Source: a bacterium (lineage in GTDB: Bacteria > Desulfobacterota_D > UBA1144). From it: 64,000 bases of DNA. The stretch lies in the NCBI GenBank assembly GCA_018654605.1, contig JABILG010000019.1:88742-152741 (forward strand), given 5' to 3'. Positions 59,675 through 64,000 of this stretch are shown here, one piece after another. The notes beneath the pieces are model-generated. The model did no database searches. It saw only the letters and a list, made by a program, of their open reading frames with translations, and was not told the origin of the DNA. How positions within the stretch are numbered: the stretch's first letter is position 1; each line of letters begins with the position of its first letter. The position numbers and the translations under genes were made by a program.

Positions 59675-60439
59675 TTATTTTTTGAAGGGAATTCCAATTG
59701 TTGTAGTAGAAGGGGTTGCAAAATTTCGCTTAGGAATTAGGCCAGATTTGATTGATTTTTTAACTGCTTCCATCGATAAGCTTAATGCTCTTGCGAATTC
59801 TTCAGGATACTCAGCTTTTGATATAGCAGTATTTAAGAGTATCCCGTCGTATCCGATTTCAAAAGTTTCGCACACATGGGAGATTCTTCCTATACCTGCG
59901 TCTATGATTAATGTTAGATCGGGCATCTCTTCTCTTATCTTTAAAAGCTTTTTTGGATTTTCTAGACCCCTACCTGAGCCTATTTGAGATCCCCAAGGCA
60001 TTATAACTTTACACCCTAGAGACTTTAATGATTTGGCAAAATTAATATCATCTGTTGTATAAGGCAGGACTTTGAATCCTTTTTTGATTAAAGCCTCAGC
60101 AGCTCTAATTGTATACTTTTTAGAAGGCTTTAAGGTTAAATCATCTTCCATTACTTCAAGTTTTATTAAATCTGTTTCAAACATTTCTCTGGCCATCTCA
60201 GCTGTTACTATTGCTTCTTTGGCTGACAAGCATCCAGCTGTATTTGGAAGAATTCTACATTTAGTCTTTTTAATAAGGTTCAAGAAATTGTTGTCCTCAT
60301 TTTTGATTAATCTACGAATCGAGACTGTAACCATTTGACACTTTAGTATCTTGATACAGTTAAGGAAGATTTTAGGTGACGGGTATCCAGATGATCCGAG
60401 AATTATATCTGTATCTAGATTTATATCATATATTTGCAT
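59675..60439 (-). CDS. thiG: thiazole synthase
   Basis: 254 aa TIM-barrel ThiG pattern (ILPNTAGC, IMPWGSQIGSGRG). Confidence 0.85.
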   Translation of the reverse strand: MQIYDINLDTDIILGSSGYPSPKIFLNCIKILKCQMVTVSIRRLIKNEDNNFLNLIKKTKCRILPNTAGCLSAKEAIVTAEMAREMFETDLIKLEVMEDDLTLKPSKKYTIRAAEALIKKGFKVLPYTTDDINFAKSLKSLGCKVIMPWGSQIGSGRGLENPKKLLKIREEMPDLTLIIDAGIGRISHVCETFEIGYDGILLNTAISKAEYPEEFARALSLSMEAVKKSIKSGLIPKRNFATPSTTTIGIPFKK

Positions 60440-60643
60440 TTATCCTCCTGGCTGAGCAGAGACAACTTCAATCTCATCTCCATCGTTTATAACTATATCA
60501 CGGTAGCTTGATTTAGGTACGAATTTGTTATTAAATGCAACGGCATATGAAGAAGATAAGTTTGAGAAATGTTCTTCTAAGAATTTCTCTAAGCTAATGC
60601 TTCTATTAAGTTTAGTTTTATCACCATTAATAAAAACTATCAT
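60440..60643 (-). CDS. thiS: sulfur-carrier protein ThiS
   Basis: 67 aa ending ...AQPGG; adjacent to thiG. Confidence 0.7.
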   Translation of the reverse strand: MIVFINGDKTKLNRSISLEKFLEEHFSNLSSSYAVAFNNKFVPKSSYRDIVINDGDEIEVVSAQPGG

Positions 60644-60648
60644 TGGTC

Positions 60649-61710
60649 TTAATTATAAATGTAATTCAAGTTTTTGTCTTTTTTATCTTTCAAGCAGTAG
60701 TTAACTACCAAGTCCGCAATTAATGGTGACAATAAGTAACCATGCCTAAACAGTCCATTGGCAGAAATATAATCTTTTCGTATCCTAATTTTAGGTAAGT
60801 TGTCACTATAAGCTGGCCTGCAATTCGTTGACAATGATATGATTCGAGCTTCAGAGAATCTTCTTGATACTGCAATTGAAGAATTTAATAGCTCAATTGC
60901 GGATCTAATTGATACTGGCGAAAAGTCTTCACTTTCTATCTCGGTTGCACCAATTAAATAAGCCCCATTTTCTCTAGGTATTATATAAACTGGGTACCTG
61001 TAATGATTTAACCTTATTGGTCTTGATATTTTTATTTCTGGGGCTGAAACCTCAATTATTTCTCCTCTTACAGCTCGTATATTGTTGTTGTTAAGTGTAT
61101 GTGATCCAGTACATTCTATGACATGATCAAATTTAATCTTCTCATCATTGTCTAGTATTATAGAATTATTCTGAATCTTTTTTACTTCGGTTTTAAAATT
61201 AATTGAGCAATTATGTGTCGATAAGAAATTTATTAAAGTATTGATAATCTGCTTACAATCAATCTGACCTTCTTCCTTGAAGAATAAACCTATTAAATCA
61301 TTACAATCAATATCTGGCTCAAGGGCTGAAATTCTTTTGCTTGTAATTATTTTAAAATTTGAGTTTGTGTACCTATTTGTTCTTGTACATATAGATTCTA
61401 ATTCAGACCTATGTTCTCTCTCCGCAAGAATAAGGCTACCTTTTGTTTTAAAGTAAACTTTCATTTCTAACTCGCTAATAATTTTTTTCCATCTATGGAT
61501 TGAATCAAAACCTAAATCAAAGATTTTCTTGTCGCTGTGAATTTGTTCAGAGTATGGAGATATCATTCCCCCAGCTGTTGTACTACAATTTGCAAAACCC
61601 TGAAGATCCTCTTTCTCAAATATCGTTACTTTATGTCCTAACTTAAAAAACTTATAAGAAATTAAAAGGCTAATGATTCCGCATCCAACTATACCAATAT
61701 TCTTTTTCAC
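60649..61710 (-). CDS. thiO: FAD-dependent glycine oxidase ThiO
   Basis: IGIVGCGIISLL...FEK dinucleotide fold; thiO-thiS-thiG order. Confidence 0.7.
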   Translation of the reverse strand: MKKNIGIVGCGIISLLISYKFFKLGHKVTIFEKEDLQGFANCSTTAGGMISPYSEQIHSDKKIFDLGFDSIHRWKKIISELEMKVYFKTKGSLILAEREHRSELESICTRTNRYTNSNFKIITSKRISALEPDIDCNDLIGLFFKEEGQIDCKQIINTLINFLSTHNCSINFKTEVKKIQNNSIILDNDEKIKFDHVIECTGSHTLNNNNIRAVRGEIIEVSAPEIKISRPIRLNHYRYPVYIIPRENGAYLIGATEIESEDFSPVSIRSAIELLNSSIAVSRRFSEARIISLSTNCRPAYSDNLPKIRIRKDYISANGLFRHGYLLSPLIADLVVNYCLKDKKDKNLNYIYN

Positions 61711-61777
61711 GTCATTATTTTACACAATATAGGGAGATGTTGTTAAATTGTAGCTCTTATATGCTATATTCTTATCT

Positions 61778-63289
61778 ATGTTTTTCTCTTATCTTAAAAA
61801 CTTTATCAGTAAATTTATTATAGTTCTTTTAGGTGTTGGCCTAGTTGTTAGTCTTGGTGTTGGTACTGATATTATTTCTTTTGGTATGTCGGACAAGATA
61901 GTAGCCAAAATTAACGACAAAGATATTACCATTGAGGAGTTTAACTATTTTAGAAGGTTAAGGTTCGCTGACGCTTCAAAAAAACTTTTATCTGACAAGG
62001 AAGCAGTAAAGATTATTGATAAACAAATTGTTAATACTATTGCCAGAAGGAAGGTTTCATCAGAACAAGCGGCTCAACTAGGATTATATGTATCTGATGA
62101 TGAAATTGAAGATAAGATAAAAGGGTCGAGTTTATTTAGTAATCAAGGAAGGTTTATAGGATTTTCGGGCTATAAAGCAAAAGTTAAAGATATTTTTGGA
62201 TTAAAGATAGAAGTATTTGAACAAATATTAAGGGAAGAAGTGCTAACGGACAAGCTAGAGTCGTTCTTCTCCTCTTTCGTTTTTGTTTCAGATTTAGAGA
62301 TAGAGCAAAAATATAGAGATGATTCTACAAAGCTTAATTTTTATACTCTTAGGGCTAATAGCTCTCAATATGAGGCTCCTAATTTTACAGATATTGATAT
62401 TAACAATTTTATAATGAGCAAGAAAGAGGAAGCCCCTATCTCGAACTTAACTTACATATTAGCACAATTAGATTTTGAGGAACTAACAAAAGATATAAAT
62501 ATTACAAAGAAAGATATTGATTCTTTTATCTTAAATTATTCATCTGATGATGAAAGCATTAGCGATGAAAGTGCAAAAACCCTAATTAGAAAGAGGATTG
62601 CACTCAATCTCCTCCCTAAGAAATTTAAATCACTCAATGAAATGGCAGAAAGTAAAAGTTTTGACGAAATTATTAGTGAGAATGGTATAAAAAATAAAGT
62701 AATTAGTCTTAATCTTGATACCCCACAAAGAATAATCTCTAAAGATTTATTAAGTAAAATTGTTTCTACTAATTTCTCTGACAGAAAAGTTCAAGTCTTT
62801 ATTTCCATTGATTCACTTTGGATAGTAACCACACTTGGTGAAAAAATTCTTTCTAAACAGGAGGCATTGGCAAGTTTGAGAGCAAATAGCTTACATAATT
62901 ATCAAATGGATCTTTTAACTTTATTGTTGGATGATGATAAAAGTAATGATAGATTAGTCTTTGACTCAACTAAAAGTGATATAAAATATAGTTATGAATT
63001 TAATTATGACCTAAGTTTTGCTGATTTTAGTAAAGTTACAAATTCCAAGATAGGTTATCCGGTTATCAAAGAAGGCCATTTTGTACCAAGAGTGATATCC
63101 GCTGGTTCTGAAAACTTTATTGTGTTTATAGAAAAAGTAAGAAAAGCCGATACAGATTTCCTGTTGCTAGATAAAGATAAGATAAAGAAAGATCTATCAC
63201 GACCAAGAAAAGAAAAAATTTATAGAACTTTCTTGACAGAAATATTTACCAACTCAAACATAAAATATAATCCCAAATATATTAATTAG
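61778..63289 (+). CDS. periplasmic chaperone, SurA/PpiD-like (N-terminal TM anchor; no obvious parvulin domain)
   Basis: TM anchor then SurA-N-like region (IVAKINDKDITIEEFNYFRR); 503 aa. Confidence 0.45.
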   Translation: MFFSYLKNFISKFIIVLLGVGLVVSLGVGTDIISFGMSDKIVAKINDKDITIEEFNYFRRLRFADASKKLLSDKEAVKIIDKQIVNTIARRKVSSEQAAQLGLYVSDDEIEDKIKGSSLFSNQGRFIGFSGYKAKVKDIFGLKIEVFEQILREEVLTDKLESFFSSFVFVSDLEIEQKYRDDSTKLNFYTLRANSSQYEAPNFTDIDINNFIMSKKEEAPISNLTYILAQLDFEELTKDINITKKDIDSFILNYSSDDESISDESAKTLIRKRIALNLLPKKFKSLNEMAESKSFDEIISENGIKNKVISLNLDTPQRIISKDLLSKIVSTNFSDRKVQVFISIDSLWIVTTLGEKILSKQEALASLRANSLHNYQMDLLTLLLDDDKSNDRLVFDSTKSDIKYSYEFNYDLSFADFSKVTNSKIGYPVIKEGHFVPRVISAGSENFIVFIEKVRKADTDFLLLDKDKIKKDLSRPRKEKIYRTFLTEIFTNSNIKYNPKYIN

Positions 63290-63359
63290 CCGAATTAAAT
63301 TCAAAATTCTTAATATTAACTATTGCCTTTATAACTAATGTATTTTATTATTTGCAAAA

Positions 63360-64000
63360 ATGAGAATAAAGTCCCTCTATATTAAAGGTTTTAAGACATT
63401 CTATGAAAAATCCGTTATAAATTTTGATTCAGAAATTTCCACAATTGTTGGTCCTAATGGATGTGGCAAGACAAATCTCCTTGATGCGATGCGATGGGTG
63501 CTTGGTGAGCAAAACCCAAGACTTTTAAGACTTGATTCTATGTCTCAAGTAGTAGCTGATGGTAACGATAATCTTCCAAAACAAAATTACGCTGAAGTTT
63601 CATTGTTAATTGAAAATAATGAAGAAGATGATTTTGTTGAAACTGAGATAAAAAGAAAGCTCTATAGGTCTGGTGAGAGTGAGTATTATTTAAATGGAAC
63701 ACAATGCAGACTTAAGGACATTTCAGATATTATTATGTCGGCAGGCGCTGGGTCTAGGAGTTTTACAATAATTCCTCAAGGTCAGATAGATACCTATATA
63801 ACCTCTAAGCCTGAGGAAAAAAAGAATTTAATTGATGAAGCTGCAGGTCTTGCAATATATAAATCAAAGAGAGCTGAAACAGAAAGAAAAATGCTTCTAG
63901 TGCAAGATAATCTAGAAAGAACAAGAGATATTCAATTGGAGATTGGGAAGCAAAAGGATTCTTTGGAAGAGCAAGCTAAGAAAGCTAATGCATATTCTGA
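63360..64000 (+). CDS. smc: chromosome segregation protein SMC, N-terminal part (continues past window end)
   Basis: MRIKSLYIKGFKTF...IVGPNGCGKTNLLDAMRWVLGEQ Walker A head. Confidence 0.85.
   Translation, partial: MRIKSLYIKGFKTFYEKSVINFDSEISTIVGPNGCGKTNLLDAMRWVLGEQNPRLLRLDSMSQVVADGNDNLPKQNYAEVSLLIENNEEDDFVETEIKRKLYRSGESEYYLNGTQCRLKDISDIIMSAGAGSRSFTIIPQGQIDTYITSKPEEKKNLIDEAAGLAIYKSKRAETERKMLLVQDNLERTRDIQLEIGKQKDSLEEQAKKANAYS

Noticed and set aside
61711-61777. Expected TPP riboswitch upstream of thiO-thiS-thiG
   Set aside because: The divergent spacer is only 67 bp. I found no GGGGUGC/CUGAGA-type conserved cores (or their reverse complements), so I do not call a riboswitch.
1-64000. CRISPR arrays, IS elements, integrases, phage genes
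   Set aside because: No regularly spaced direct repeats, transposase/integrase-like ORFs or terminal inverted repeats were seen anywhere in the window.

Overview
This is an AT-rich (about 30% GC by eye), tightly packed bacterial chromosomal segment. Many neighbouring genes overlap by 4-30 nt; no IS element or CRISPR array was seen. The core content points to a diderm proteobacterium: rpoH with a QRKLFY RpoH-box, lnt, mreBCD-mrdA-rodA, surA/ppiD-like, hppA. Most of the window is housekeeping: hisDC, lnt, rplU-rpmA, alaS, rpoH, tRNA-Asn, umuDC, bolA-grxD-polA-dacB, rsmA, rplI-rpsR-rpsF, ychF, hppA, pth-rplY-prs, efp, mreBCD-mrdA-rodA-birA, rluD, pgeF, argG, queA, aroC, prfB (with its programmed +1 frameshift), nadK, fmt, degP, thiOSG, smc. 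The most interesting part is a six-gene, translationally coupled operon (9184-17253) immediately downstream of tRNA-Asn. It encodes a ~1000-aa fusion of a LicC-like nucleotidyltransferase with an ATP-grasp/phosphohistidine kinase, with no PEP/pyruvate TIM-barrel domain after the phosphohistidine domain (so not a PpsA/PPDK). It also encodes a class-I glutamine-amidotransferase-like hydrolase, a second LicC-like nucleotidyltransferase, a TagB/TagF-like CDP-alcohol phosphotransferase and a polytopic sulfatase/LtaS-superfamily membrane enzyme. By domain logic this resembles the Campylobacter phosphoramidate (MeOPN) donor pathway (Gln kinase, cytidylyltransferase, gamma-glutamyl-CDP-amidate hydrolase), rewired and coupled to teichoic-acid-type transferases. 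It is a candidate undescribed surface-glycan phospho-/phosphoramidate-decoration system. Other points of interest are an orphan HNH endonuclease, a thiolase-fold protein whose nucleophilic Cys appears replaced by Ser, a secreted four-repeat protein upstream of mreB, and a cluster of two FAD oxidoreductases with membrane proteins. All functional calls rest on motif recognition by eye; no database search was possible.
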